Source: Balanoglossus misakiensis
Taxonomy: Eukaryota > Animalia > Hemichordata
DNA length: 64,000 nt
Direction: 5' to 3'
Assembly (NCBI GenBank): GCA_040954595.2
Contig: CM082583.2
Location: 11,235,656-11,299,655, forward strand
The position numbers and the translations under genes are program-made. The notes under the pieces are model-generated. The model did not search any database. It had not been told where the DNA came from and saw only the letters and a program-made list of their open reading frames with translations. Shown one piece after another: positions 63,973 through 64,000 of this stretch. Position 1 is the stretch's first letter. The number at the start of each line of letters is the position of its first letter.

Positions 63973-64000
63973 TGCGGAGACCAGCAACACCATCACCTAC

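Overview
Eukaryotic, intron-rich, AT-rich animal DNA. Gene content and style suggest an invertebrate deuterostome such as a hemichordate or echinoderm (inference). Twelve protein-coding genes can be reconstructed: an intronless class A GPCR (-), an SLC24/NCKX exchanger (+), an SLC27/FATP very-long-chain acyl-CoA synthetase (-), mitochondrial CLPX (-) head-to-head with POLR3G/GL (+), two tandem alpha-tubulins (-), LYSMD3/4 (-), two tandem GPI-type alkaline phosphatases (-), a 2,120-aa single-exon GT31 glycosyltransferase (+) and MRPS36/KGD4 (+). Two observations stand out. (1) The GT31 protein has seven tandem domains. Only domains 2, 3 and 6 keep both the DxD motif and the C-terminal metal-binding His, which suggests an enzyme/pseudoenzyme array. 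(2) An 853-bp non-autonomous DNA transposon (perfect 32-bp TIRs, 7-bp TSD) sits inside coding exon 1 of the FATP gene. Its TIR contains a splice donor in one orientation and a branch point plus acceptor in the other, so splicing would leave exactly 36 nt in frame, as an intron-generating element would. All gene models were read by eye and no expression data are available.
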